In this document: positions 11,720 through 24,899 of the stretch, one piece after another
Numbering within the stretch: position 1 is the stretch's first letter
Layout of the letters: every line of letters begins with the position of its first letter
Source of the DNA: Amphiscolops sp. MND2022
Taxonomy: Eukaryota
Length of the DNA stretch: 64,000 nucleotides
Direction: 5' to 3'
NCBI GenBank assembly: GCA_964187785.1
Contig: OZ076420.1
Coordinates: 53,258,001-53,322,000, forward strand
Program-made: the position numbers and the translations under genes
The notes under the pieces: model-generated
What the model was told of the DNA's origin: nothing
Seen by the model: only the letters and a program-made list of their open reading frames with translations
Databases searched by the model: none

Positions 11720-11952
11720 TGTTATATTCGGCTCAATCCGGTTCCCATGGCCTCAACCGAGATTCGGTCTACAAACTTCTAGACCGTCTAGTGTCTAGAT
11801 ACGAGCTAGCGTTGTGTACAAACAAACTCAAACTATTTTAAATTACATTGAATACATATATACAATTGTGTTTGCTACAGTGCAGTCTAGAACTAGAGAT
11901 ATCTATTTTACAATGTTCTTTTCTCTTAACCTTAGACTAGCGGAATACAACG
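11720..11952 (+). repeat. 3' LTR of Gypsy B (terminal CA mutated to CG)
   Basis: Direct repeat of 9416-9643 preceded by the PPT. Confidence 0.93.
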
Positions 11953-13697
11953 ATAATAACTTTTTGTCTATCAAACTTTCGCGGAGTTCGAAGAAGCTCG
12001 AAATACGCTTTCAGTAATCGATTTATGTGTGGCTGTTTTCGAGAGCCACAGTTAAGGATTTCGCTGTTTCATACAACGTAACCGGCACTTCTTGTTCTTC
12101 ATATTTATATAAAAACTGCGAAACAATCTACGACGTAGGCAATAGTTTCAAAGGTTCCCCAATATTACATTCGCGTTTTTGATTCATTATTTCCGGAAAT
12201 GAAGCCGGACCGATTGAAAAGAAATTATTTTATCAATATTTTTACTTGGCGTCTGCTGACAATTTTCTTAATTGAATGTTTTGTAAATGATTTTAGGCGT
12301 TGGTCGGTAAAATAGCTTCGTAAATTTAGCGTCCCGTTTCTCTTGTACTATTTTTTGACATCATTACGTGGTTTTCTAAAAAGCAGAACGATTAATTCAT
12401 TCGTTTCTACAACCCAATTCAAAAAAAGGAAAGTTCACCCGCTTCGTAATGACAATTTTGTTAGGTTGGGGATTCATTCAGGAGGTCCATCGTTTAACGT
12501 GATGTTTTTTACTGGCGCAATATTTTCAACTCATTCCAATTAATATTTTTTGGAGAACATTTCATATTTGTGATCGATGTCTTATCATTAGGTAATCATT
12601 GTAGTGAGAAATTATCGGTGTTTTTTCATTTTTAATATCACCTAAAATTGAAAATTAATTATTAATGTTTTATTTTGAGGCATGTTTGTCTTTACCTTGC
12701 AAACGTTGAAGCTATCATAATGATCGAAGTAGCTACTTGACTTATCGGTAACTCTCGTGGATAGTGTATTCTGAATTTCAAAACCAAAGGCAGCTAAAAG
12801 ATTCTCATATTGGATGTTTTCAGCGCTTCCAGTGTTTCAATAATAACGTCACTGAAGCTCGAGGTGACTGCGAACTGGCGTTTCATAAAGATTTGGAGGT
12901 TTTAGAAGTTCTCAGAAAAGTGACTCAATATACGAATGACTGGTCTTTGAAACCGATAAAAGTCCATCGTATTATAATCATCACGCTGCGCTTTGAATAC
13001 CGAGCCTTTTAATTTCCTATTGAGTTTAAGCGGTTTGTTTTCAAATGGAATTTGAAATAGAAAACAGCGCATCCCGATCGTCGCTTACATTCTGTTCACA
13101 GAAAGACTCGTGTGTACGGAAAGACTGGTGCAATAATTTTGTTCTCAGAAATTCAACGAATTTGTTGCAAGTTTTGAAATATTTGCAGTGAATCTTTGTT
13201 TACTTTCTGGTACAACTCCGTTAACACTGTTCAACCTTACAGGTTTGAAAAATCCATTGTCATCTGTTTTGAAGCTTTTTACATTGCAGTTGTTTGCAGA
13301 AATCAATACAAGGCTGTCGGCGTGCGCTTATATCTCTTTTTGAAGATGTTCTTGTGTTTGCATTTTCATTTCATTGAACGCCAACCAAGATTTTCCCCAA
13401 TATTTCTGATTTTTCGCAGAAATACACAAATTTGACAACATTATAGGACGAAATAGCTGAGACGTTGTTTGTCTAGATAGTAGTTTGCCTAAACTCTAAT
13501 TTCAAGATCATTCACTTTTTTCTGTAACCTTTCTTATTTTATGATCTTTAGCAGTATTTTCCGTACAGATATGTTGAAAATTTTGTTAGGGTTTTTCATT
13601 TTCATTTTCAGCCATTACTTGGAACGAATCCATGTATGGTAACGCGAACAACAGCATATAGCGCGCGGATCATCACGTAATGATGATAAAAAGAATA

Positions 13698-14034
13698 CCC
13701 CAGTCGAACTCCCATACATTTCTTGCAAGAATCTTGCAGAAGTGGTACATATCAGGCACTATCTGCAAGAATCTTGCAAGAATCTTAGATTCCAGAGGGA
13801 TTTTCTTCCAAGTTACTTCCAAGATCAGGCTTTTTCTTCCAAGTACTTCCAAGATCAGACATTTTCTTCCAAGTTACTTCCAAGATTCTCACATTTCTTG
13901 CAAGATCTTGCAAGACCAGACATTTTCTTCCAAGATCTTCCAAGATACTTGCAAGAATAATGCATTGTCTTCCAAGATCTTGGAAGTGAAATCTGACAGA
14001 TTCTTGCAGAAAATGTATGAAAGTTCGACTGGGG
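13698..14034. mobile_element. MITE-like TIR element with CCCCAG termini and internal TTCCAAG/TTGCAAGA arrays
   Basis: Inverted repeat of about 37 bp (ccccagtcgaact..catacattt..tgcaagaatct), TA on both sides. The 2-bp TSD and CCCAG ends suggest EnSpm/CACTA-like or Tc1-like origin (inference). Confidence 0.85.
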
Positions 14035-14405
14035 TACATCTCTAGCGACCGAAAATTCAGCTGATCATTGTTATTTTATTGTTGTTTTATTGACAACTGA
14101 TAAAAATAACCGATGACTCAAGAAATACATTGTTGAGAGCTGTATCCAAACGAACGAATTGGGTTGATAATACACATCAAAAACAAGGTTGATCTGGATG
14201 TCTGCACCCCGATTCTTCATTGTTTGTTCTGTATGCTCGGCCTCTTCAACAAGACACGGTCCACTTGCCAAACAATGTAAAAAACAAAACATTGAAAGAT
14301 ATCAACAAAGTAAAAAGTGCGCTAACTAAAACTGGTTGTCTTTCGAAGCAGGTACACAAACGACCCCAAAAAAGTACTATTCGATCGGAGAACATGCACT
14401 TTTAA

Positions 14406-14865
14406 GCGGCAGTCTGATACTTCGGAATAGTTGCGCTTTATTTTTCTCTATTTTCCACATACCTGCTTATCGAATTATGTATGTTTTATCAAACCAATGT
14501 TTCAACAATAAAAAACACTGTAGACTGTAGATTGTCAGCCTCGTTTTTCGCACATCCAGAACCAGACTGACATCTCTGGATGAAGCGTAAGCATTTCATG
14601 CCCAGACTTGAAAACATTGCATTAAATGCAGGGCTTTGTTCAAAATGCTAGAACCTTGTACATGTTTTTGAAAGTTGCCAACAACTTATAACATGAGTTT
14701 CTGAATCTCTTAGACTTCCCAGCTAAAACGTTTTTCTTCTCTAGTCAACGTTTTAAAAAGTGCTTAAATTTTTTCCTCCAAAGTTTGGGGACATGCTCAG
14801 CAGTGAAGTTAGAAGACTGTTAGTAACGTTTGAAACCGCAAACTAGCGTCACCTTCAGTGTGCCT
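14406..14865. mobile_element. Possible Kolobok-like non-autonomous element (duplicated at 20006-20465)
   Basis: TTAA|GCGGCAGTCTGA at left and TCAGTGTGCCT at right form an imperfect inverted pair; no right-hand TTAA. Confidence 0.25.
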
Positions 14866-14984
14866 TCTGAGAAACAGTTATAACCTCAGCTGAGTTGTTG
14901 AGAAAGCAAAATGTGATTAGATGATGATCGTGTCGGTAAAGAATTTTTTTTCGATTTTGTTTGAAGTAGGAACTGCAATGTAAC

Positions 14985-17900
14985 TGTTGAAGTGTTATTA
15001 AAGAAATTGTTTGAATGTTGAAGAATGTATTATGATCGTTACTGTAAAATGTAGACGTTAAAAGGTAATGTGTTTGGCAACAGCAGCTTTTCAAATGATA
15101 AGTTGAAGGTCTATAATTCTGTTAGCAGGTGTTAGTAATATGTTTACAAATATGTCTGTTCGACATTTCTCACTCTATAACACTCCCTCTTTTAATAACT
15201 GACGACAGGAAGTTTAGGAATTGCAGATGTTTAGTATGTAATTATCACGCTTCATGTTAGGGTTCAATTGAAATTGAAAGTTAATTACTGCACTGTAGGG
15301 TTATGTTAGGTTAAGTTGGGGTTAATGTAATGTAATAAATTCAGTTTGTTAATTTCAATAACTGTAAATGTAATTGTTAATACGGTAAATGTATAAATGT
15401 AGCTCCGTGCTGATTACGAGGTTTTTACTGTAAATGTTGACTGTTCTTCATTGTTTCGGGTTTTTGCTGTTTCGTTTTAACTGGTTGTTTTCATTAATGT
15501 TCTCTTCTCCGTCTTCCACGGTCATGACTACATCGATGCCATAACGTTGGGTAGGGCGTCGACGTCTGTTTGCCTTTTCCCGAGGAAGTGGCGTTTCAGC
15601 AGGTTTTTCCATTTTTGCTTCTTTCACCTTGGTGCTCGTTTTGGCTACTTCTTTCGTTTGTACTGTTTTTGAACAGCAAGGTTCTTCATCCGGTTGATTG
15701 ACATCTTCAGAGGATATCTCTCGTTCCGACTCAAGGTTCGTTTCGATCGGTGTTATCTCGCTCGATTCCCGTGACCGTGGGAATGGCGTTTCGTCTTCCG
15801 ACATTTCCTCGTCCATCGCGAAGTCGACTGGTTTCTGTGACTTCTCGATTTTCTTCATCTGTCCTCCTTCCTCCGGAGTGTTATTGGCTCTTGCCACATC
15901 TCTTTTGGCCAGTTTAGTAGCCTTCTTCTTCCCTTGCGGTAGGAAGCTGATGGTGTGATTCGTCTCCTCCAGTATCCGGCCTCGCTTTTTAGGGAATGTT
16001 GGCTCCAATTTACTGCCTCGAGTGCGTTCTCTCACCAGGATGGTGGAGTCGATTTCTTCTTCAAAGTCCGACGTCGAGAACGTTACCTTGCTGTCTTGTT
16101 CTAAAACACCCTTTGAATTCTCTATTAAATCACTGACGATGTTACTTTTGACGGTATTTGGTTCCCTTCCATATTGTTTTTCAAAAGGTGATTTCCCATC
16201 CGCTTTCTTTCCTGTGCGCAACGCATATAAAATTTCAGATAACCCGGAGTTGTCCTTTTTTACGAATATGCTTTGATTCGTGCGCACGCCGCCGTTGATG
16301 GTCCTAATCAACCTTTCGATCTTGCCGTTCCCACGGTGATCCCTCACCGGACAAGTTACATGTTTAATATGGAATTTTGGACAGAAATTTGTAAAAGAGT
16401 TGCTCATAAAAACCGTCCCTGGATCCGACCGTATACTCTTTGGAACCCCATACTGTGCCATATAGTTTTTTTAAAAATTCTATCACTTACTTTGTTGTCG
16501 GTTTTTGTAAAAACAATGCGTCCGGCCAAGCTGAAAAACTATCTAAAGATACAAGCAGACATTTTTTTCCGTGTTTTGCATTTTGAAACGGGCCAGCGAA
16601 GTCGATGGCGATTTCCTCATTCGGTGCTATTGAACGCGGAATTTTCCCAAATTCACTGTGTTTTTGAAGTACTTTAACGTTCTTACCTGCTTTGCTACAA
16701 TCTTCGCAGAATTTTGCTGTATTAATTACTTCTCGGTGACATTTGGGCCACCAAATGTCAGCGATGCCACGTAACATGGTGTCCCTTCCGGGGTGGCCAT
16801 AATCTAATGCGCTCATAATTGAGGCTCGAAGGTTTTGCGGAATTACCAGGCGATTGTCCAAGAATAGGAAATTTCTCTCATCTACGCTTAGTGAATTAAA
16901 TTTCTCTCTCCAAGTGGATGGCAGTCTCGGAAATTTTTCCCCCTTCCCTTGTTTTTACTAAGGCGATGATTTTCTGAAGTTGTTTGTCGGCTTCGTAATT
17001 GGCCGGAAGAATCGCTTCATTAATTTTGTAAATTGCTTCGCTCATGTTAAATTTGATTACACTGCTTTTCTCAAGATTATACGCACCACTGATTTCTGCC
17101 GCGTTGTTCTTAACTCGACCGTGCTTCGTTTTGATTGGCTGCCGCGTATCTTGCTTCTCATCGCTCGCTTGCACTTTTCGTTCTTTCTCATTTTCAACTT
17201 TCAGTACTGAATCTTTTGCACGTGTCAAAATTTTCTCTCTTGGCGTCTCCGTCGCTTTTGCCGTGTCCCCTGAAATGGCAGTAAATTTAGACACGGTGTT
17301 GACCGTAAACCAATCATTCCACAGCTTTTCCGCTTGGATGGTTGCTCCTTGTAGTTCGCTTGGATGTCGTGACAAGTAATCGGCAAAACCTAATACCCTT
17401 CCGGGAGCGTGGGTTACTTCAAAATTAAACGGCAAAAGGCGGTCGACCAACCTGGTTAACCAACTCGAAAACGTTTTGTTGCCTCGATCAGGTCATAGTA
17501 CTGATGACAGCGCTTTGTGGTCGAAAATAACTTGATACCATACACAAAGTTTTTAAAATGCTCGACGGCCCAGACCACAGCTAGCAACTCTAGCTCGTTT
17601 ATAGAGTATTTAGCTTCAAAGTCCGTTAAAAATTTGGATGCGAACGACACTGGTTTCCAATCTTGGTTGTTTTGCTGTTGCTTTAATACAGCCCCTAAAC
17701 CCTTTTTGCTTGCATCGCATATTATTCTAACGGGGTTATTTCTTTTAAAATGTGTCAGTTCCGTGATTTTCTTTATTTTATGGTTAATGTTTAAAAACGC
17801 CGCTTCATGTTGTTTCGTCCAAATCCAAGGATTATCCTTTTCTAAAATTGATCTAAACGGATAACAACTACTAGCAAGATCGGGTACAAACTTATTCAGC

Positions 17901-19465
17901 AGGTTGACTGCGCCCAAGAACGATCTAAGTTCCTTTAAATTAGTCGGTCTTAGTTGCTCGCTAATCCCTTGAACTTTGCCGTTTACTGGGGATATGCCGC
18001 TCCCCGTCAGTTCGTATCCTAGCCACTCAATCTTTTTACACGCTATATTACATTTATCTATTTTAAGCTGTAAATTTGCTTTGTCCAGTATTTGCATTAC
18101 TTCTCTGACTTTTTGCATATGTACACCTTTGTTACCTCTAGTTACAATTAAAATGTCATCAATATATACAAATGTACAGCCAATATTTACAAGAGTCAGA
18201 TCCATTACTTTTTGAAATTCTGTGGGCATGATCGTTAGCCCATAATGCCCCGTTACGAACCGATAGGTTCCCGCGGATTTTCCTCCGATTATTTGGAAGT
18301 TACAATGCCGTGATGTACGTTCATGTAGGGGAACTTGTCCCTATGCGTATTTTAAATCTACTGAGGAATAAAAAACTTCGCCTTCTTCTCATTCATTTTT
18401 TTCGGCTACGAAGTCCATTAAATTTTCTAAATTGGGCATTTGATATTTATCTTTTGCAATAGACTGGTTCAAAGCTCTCGCATCTAGCGCAATTTTTACT
18501 GATCCGTCTTTCTTTACCGTTACAACTACAGGTTGAATGAACACGTCGTCTTTTATGGTATCAACTTTTTCAATGTTTCCCTTTTCGAGTAAATTATAAA
18601 TCTCCTTATCAACTTGTTCTTGTAACTGTATTGGAATGCGCCTTCTTTTTTGCTGAGTTACACGTGTACCTTCTTTCATGTCAATTTCAATTGAGTAATT
18701 ATTTACACGACCGCGTCTTTCAAATAGATCGGGGAATTCCGCTCTTAATTGTTTTACCTCTGCGCTTAGCTCAACCTCAGAATTTTGCCTTCTCGTCGCT
18801 GACGCAATTAATTGAATTCTCACCTTCCTCGGTGGCGTGGACAATTTTGTATTGCAGAGCGGTCAGCCAATCACGTCCCACTATTGGTTTTGTACCTTTT
18901 CTCGCTACTAGCACTCTTGCCTTGGATACTCTGATCCCATTAACTTGTAGACTCACAAACATGTATCCCAATAGAGGAAGCGGCTTTCTGTTAAAATGGA
19001 CATAACGTTCGTTATCGCTCATCTCTCTCACTACTACTCTTCTCTTTCCCACGATCCTTTCCAATTCATCTATCGGAAAAATCGACACGGGTGAGCCCGT
19101 TTCAATTATGGCTCTAAAGGTGTTACCACACAATAATCCCTCGATAGTGAATGGGTTCGTTCCTTCGCCATCTACTTGTAGCACCATCTCATCGTCGTCC
19201 AATTCGTCTTCGTCTTCTGATACGTAGTTAATTCTTTTTATCTCCTTTCTTTTATTTTTCATTCCTTGTTGCATTTCTCGCTTTTTTTGGGGATATTTCT
19301 GATTACAACATTTTCCCCAATGCCCCGTTATTGAGCAAAATTCACATTGGTGATGTTTAGCCGGGCATTTTTTAAGTGCTCCAGATTGAAATTATCATCT
19401 CCGCAACGATAGCATTCCCTTCGATTGTTTTTGTCTACCGAGAATACTGGCTCACTCTTTACTTT
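14985..19465 (-). mobile_element. 5'-truncated duplicate of Gypsy C (3' LTR 14985-15182, pol, gag zinc knuckle; no 5' LTR)
   Basis: Nearly identical to 20585-25065; cut at the duplication junction. Confidence 0.95.
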
Positions 19466-19634
19466 CTTCCAAGTTACTTCCAAGATTCTCACATTTCTTG
19501 CAAGATCTTGCAAGACCAGACATTTTCTTCCAAGATCTTCCAAGATACTTGCAAGAATAATGCATTGTCTTCCAAGATCTTGGAAGTGAAATCTGACAGA
19601 TTCTTGCAGAAAATGTATGAAAGTTCGACTGGGG
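19463..19634. mobile_element. Right half of the CCCCAG MITE, copied by the tandem duplication
   Basis: Matches 13863-14034; only one TIR present. Confidence 0.9.
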
Positions 19635-20584
19635 TACATCTCTAGCGACCGAAAATTCAGCTGATCATTGTTATTTTATTGTTGTTTTATTGACAACTGA
19701 TAAAAATAACCGATGACTCAAGAAATACATTGTTGAGAGCTGTATCCAAACGAACGAATTGGGTTGATAATACACATCAAAAACAAGGTTGATCTGGATG
19801 TCTGCACCCCGATTCTTCATTGTTTGTTCTGTATGCTCGGCCTCTTCAACAAGACACGGTCCACTTGCCAAACAATGTAAAAAACAAAACATTGAAAGAT
19901 ATCAACAAAGTAAAAAGTGCGCTAACTAAAACTGGTTGTCTTTCGAAGCAGGTACACAAACGACCCCAAAAAAGTACTATTCGATCGGAGAACATGCACT
20001 TTTAAGCGGCAGTCTGATACCTCGGAATAGTTGCGCTTTATTTTTCTCTATTTTCCACATACCTGCTTATCGAATTATGTATGTTTTATCAAACCAATGT
20101 TTCAACAATAAAAAACACTGTAGACTGTAGATTGTCAGCCTCGTTTTTCGCACATCCAGAACCAGACTGACATCTCTGGATGAAGCGTAAGCATTTCATG
20201 CCCAGACTTGAAAACATTGCATTAAATGCAGGGCTTTGTTCAAAATGCTAGAACCTTGTACATGTTTTTGAAAGTTGCCAACAACTTATAACATGAGTTT
20301 CTGAATCTCTTAGACTTCCCAGCTAAAACGTTTTTCTTCTCTAGTCAACGTTTTAAAAAGTGCTTAAATTTTTTCCTCCAAAGTTTGGGGACATGCTCAG
20401 CAGTGAAGTTAGAAGACTGTTAGTAACGTTTGAAACCGCAAACTAGCGTCACCTTCAGTGTGCCTTCTGAGAAACAGTTATAACCTCAGCTGAGTTGTTG
20501 AGAAAGCAAAATGTGATTAGATGATGATCGTGTCGGTAAAGAATTTTTTTTCGATTTTGTTTGAAGTAGGAACTGCAATGTAAC

Positions 20585-20782
20585 TGTTGAAGTGTTATTA
20601 AAGAAATTGTTTGAATGTTGAAGAATGTATTATGATCGTTACTGTAAAATGTAGACGTTAAAAGGTAATGTGTTTGGCAACAGCAGCTTTTCAAATGATA
20701 AGTTAAAGGTCTATAATTCTGTTAGCAGGTGTTAGTAATATGTTTACAAATATGTCTGTTCGACATTTCTCACTCTATAACA
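20585..20782 (-). repeat. 3' LTR of Gypsy C
   Basis: TGTTGAAG...TATAACA, also at 14985-15182 and 25755-25952. Confidence 0.95.
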
Positions 20783-21047
20783 CTCCCTCTTTTAATAACT
20801 GACGACAGGAAGTTTAGGAATTGCAGATGTTCAGTATGTAATTATCACGCTTCATGTTAGGGTTCAATTGAAATTGAAAGTTAATTACTGCACTGTAGGG
20901 TTATGTTAGGTTAAGTTGGGGTTAATGTAATGTAATAAATTCAGTTTGTTAATTTCAATAACTGTAAATGTAATTGTTAATACGGTAAATGTATAAATGT
21001 AGCTCCGTGCTGATTACGAGGTTTTTACTGTAAATGTTGACTGTTCT

Positions 21048-24000
21048 TCATTGTTTCGGGTTTTTGCTGTTTCGTTTTAACTGGTTGTTTTCATTAATGT
21101 TCTCTTCTCCGTCTTCCACGGTCATGACTACATCGATGCCATAACGTTGGGTAGGGCGTCGACGTCTGTTTGCCTTTTCCAGAGGAAGTGGCGTTTCAGC
21201 AGGTTTTTCCAGTTTTGCTTCTTTCACCTTGGTGCTCGTTTTGGCTACTTCTTTCGTTTGTACTGTTTTTGAACAGCAAGGTTCTTCATCCGGTTGATTG
21301 ACATCTTCAGAGGATATCTCTCGTTCCGACTCAAGGTTCGTTTCGATCGGTGTTATCTCGCTCGATTCCCGTGACCGTGGGAATGGCGTTTCGTCTTCCG
21401 ACATTTCCTCGTCCATCGCGAAGTCGACTGGTTTCTGTGACTTCTCGATTTTCTTCATCTGTCCTCCTTCCTCCGGAGGGTTATTGGCTCTTGCCACATC
21501 TCTTTTGGCCAGTTTAGTAGCCTTCTTCTTCCCTTGCGGTAGGAAGCTGATGGTGCGATTCGTCTCCTCCAGTATCCGGCCTCGCTTTTTAGGGAATGTT
21601 GGCTCCAATTTACTGCCTCGAGTGCGTTCTCTCACCAGGATGGTGGAGTCGATTTCTTCTTCAAAGTCCGACGTCGAGAACGTTACCTTGCTGTCTTGTT
21701 CTAAAACACCCTTTGAATTCTCTATTAAATCACTGACGATGTTACTTTTGACGGTATTTGGTTCCCTTCCATATTGTTTTTCAAAAGGTGATTTCCCATC
21801 CGCTTTCTTTCCTGTGCGCAACGCATATAAAATTTCAGATAACCCGGAGTTGTCCTTTTTTACGAATATGCTTTGATTCGTGCGCACGCCGCCGTTGATG
21901 GTCCTAATCAACCTTTCGATCTTGCCGTTCCCACGGTGATCCCTCACCGGACAAGTTACATGTTTAATATGGAATTTTGGACAGAAATTTGTAAAAGAGT
22001 TGCTCATAAAAACCGTCCCTGGATCCGACCGTATACTCTTTGGAACCCCATACTGTGCCATATAGTTTTTTTAAAAATTCTATCACTTACTTTGTTGTCG
22101 GTTTTTGTAAAAACAATGCGTCCGGCCAAGCTGAAAAACTATCTAAAGATACAAGCAGACATTTTTTTCCGTGTTTTGCATTTTGAAACGGGCCAGCGAA
22201 GTCGATGGCGATTTCCTCATTCGGTGCTATTGAACGCGGAATTTTCCCAAATTCACTGTGTTTTTGAAGTACTTTAACGTTCTTACCTGCTTTGCTACAA
22301 TCTTCGCAGAATTTTGCTGTATTAATTACTTCTCGGTGACATTTGGGCCACCAAATGTCAGCGATGCCACGTAACATGGTGTCCCTTCCGGGGTGGCCAT
22401 AATCTAATGCGCTCATAATTGAGGCTCGAAGGTTTTGCGGAATTACCAGGCGATTGCCCAAGAATAGGAAATTTCTCTCATCTACGCTTAGTGAATTAAA
22501 TTTCTCTCTCCAAGGGGATGGCAGTCTCGGAAATTTTTCCCCCTTCCCTTGTTTTTACTAAGGCGATGATTTTCTGAAGTTGTTTGTCGGCTTCGTAATT
22601 GGCCGGAAGAATCGCTTCATTAATTTTGTAAATTGCTTCGCTCATGTTAAATTTGTTTACACTGCTTTTCTCAAGATTATACGCACCACTGATTTCTGCC
22701 GCGTTGTTCTTAACTCGACCGTGCTTCGTTTTGATTGGCTGCCGCGTATCTTGCTTCTCATCGCTCGCTTGCACTTTTCGTTCTTTCTCATTTTCAACTT
22801 TCAGTACTGAATCTTTTGCACGTGTCAAAATTTTCTCTCTTGGCGTCTCCGTCGCTTTTGCCGTGTCCCCTGAAATGGCAGTAAATTTAGACACGGTGTT
22901 GACCGTAAACCAATCATTCCACAGCTTTTCCGCTTGGATGGTTGCTCCTTGTAGTTCGCTTGGATGTCGTGACAAGTAATCGGCAAAACCTAATACCCTT
23001 CCGGGAGCGTGGGTTACTTCAAAATTAAACGGCAAAAGGCGGTCGACCAACCTGGTTAACCAACTCGAAAACGTTTTGTTGCCTCGATCAGGTCATAGTA
23101 CTGATGACAGCGCTTTGTGGTCGAAAATAACTTGATACCATACACAAAGTTTTTAAAATGCTCGACGGCCCAGACCACAGCTAGCAACTCTAGCTCGTTT
23201 ATAGAGTATTTAGCTTCAAAGTCCGTTAAAAACTTGGATGCGAACGACACTGGTTTCCAATCTTGGTTGTTTTGCTGTTGCTGTAATACAGCCCCTAAAC
23301 CCTTTTTGCTTGCATCGCATATTATTCTAACGGGGTTATTTCTTTTAAAATGTGTCAGTTCCGTGATTTTCTTTATTTTATGATTAATGTTTAAAAACGC
23401 CGCTTCATGTTGTTTCGTCCAAATCCAAGGATTATCCTTTTCTAAAATTGATCTAAACGGATAACAACTACTAGCAAGATCGGGTACAAACTTATTCAGC
23501 AGGTTGACTGCGCCCAAGAACGATCTAAGTTCCTTTAAATTAGTCGGTCTTAGTTGCTCGCTAATCCCTTGAACTTTGCCGTTTACTGGGGATATGCCGC
23601 TCCCCGTCAGTTCGTATCCTAGCCACTCAATCTTTTTACACGCTATATTACATTTATCTATTTTAAGCTGTAAATTTGCTTTGTCCAGTATTTGCATTAC
23701 TTCTCTGACTTTTTGCATATGTACATCTTTGTTACCTCTAGTTACAATTAAAATGTCATCAATATATACAAATGTACAGCCAATATTTACAAGAGTCAGA
23801 TCCATTACTTTTTGAAATTCTGTGGGCATGATCGTTAGCCCATAATGCCCCGTTACGAACCGATAGGTTCCCGCGGATTTTCCTCCAATTATTTGGAAGT
23901 TACAATGCCGTGATGTACGTTCATGTAGGGGAACTTGTCCCTATGCGTATTTTAAATCTACTGAGGAATAAAAAACTTCGCCTTCTTCTCATTCATTTTT

Positions 24001-24874
24001 TTCGGCTACGAAGTCCATTAAATTTTCTAAATTGGGCATTTGATATTTATCTTTTGCAATAAACTGGTTCAAAGCTCTCGCATCTAGCGCAATTTTTACT
24101 GATCCGTCTTTCTTTACCGTTACAACTACAGGTTGAATGAACACGTCGTCTTTTATGGTATCAACTTTTTCAATGTTTCCCTTTTCGAGTAAATTATAAA
24201 TCTCCCTATCAACTTGTTCTTGTAACTGTATTGGAATGCGCCTTCTTTTTTGCTGAGTTACACGTGTACCTTCTTTCATGTCAATTTCAATTGAGTAATT
24301 ATTTACACGACCGCGTCTTTCAAATAGATCGGGGAATTCCGCTCTCAATTGTTTTACCTCTGCGCTTAGCTCAACCTCAGAATTTTGCCTTCTCGTCGCT
24401 GACGCAATTAATTGAATTCTCACCTTCCTCGGTGGCGTGGACAATTTTGTATTGCAGAGCGGTCAGCCAATCACGTCCCACTATTGGTTTTGTACCTTTT
24501 CTCGCTACTAGCACTCTTGCCTTGGATACTCTGATCCCATTAACTTGTAGACTCACAAACATGTATCCCAATAGAGGAAGCGGCTTTCTGTTAAAATGGA
24601 CATAACGTTCGTTATCGCTCATCTCTCTCACTACTACTCTTCTCTTTCCCACGATCCTTTCCAATTCATCTATCGGAAAAATCGACACGGGTGAGCCCGT
24701 TTCAATTATGGCTCTAAAGGTGTTACCACACAATAATCCCTCGATAGTGAATGGGTTCGTTCCTTCGCCATCTACTTGTAGCACCATCTCATCGTCGTCC
24801 AATTCGTCTTCGTCTTCTGATACGTAGTTAATTCTTTTTATCTCCTTTCTTTTATTTTTCATTCCTTGTTGCAT
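21048..24874 (-). pseudogene. Gypsy C pol, split by frameshifts (duplicate at 15448-19274)
   Basis: IIETGSPVS (protease, catalytic Asp replaced by Glu), YQMPNL and VYIDDIL (RT), ICDASKKGLGAV and ELELLAVVWAVEHF (RH), YGHPG...CEDC, IDFAGP, SDPG, GKIER (IN). Confidence 0.93.
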
Positions 24875-24899
24875 TTCTCGCTTTTTTTGGGGATATTTC

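Larger units (their letters stand above)
9416..11952 (+). mobile_element. Internally deleted Ty3/Gypsy element B (gag fragment joined to integrase; no PR, RT or RH)
   Basis: LTRs 9416-9643 and 11720-11952, perfect TSD ATAAT (9411-9415, 11953-11957), degenerate PBS TGTCGCAAT, PPT AGAGGGGGAAA (11709-11719). Confidence 0.95.

Noticed and set aside
13680-14045. Three overlapping ORFs and a regular repeat array that could suggest a CRISPR array or a gene
   Set aside because: The units are 7-10-bp degenerate repeats without unique spacers, enclosed by TIRs; the ORFs come from stop-poor repeat sequence.
21048-22061. 337-aa ORF near the 3' LTR as a possible env gene
   Set aside because: It begins inside the integrase core (SDPG, GKIER) and ends in a low-complexity tail with RRRPTQRYG; no signal peptide or transmembrane segment.
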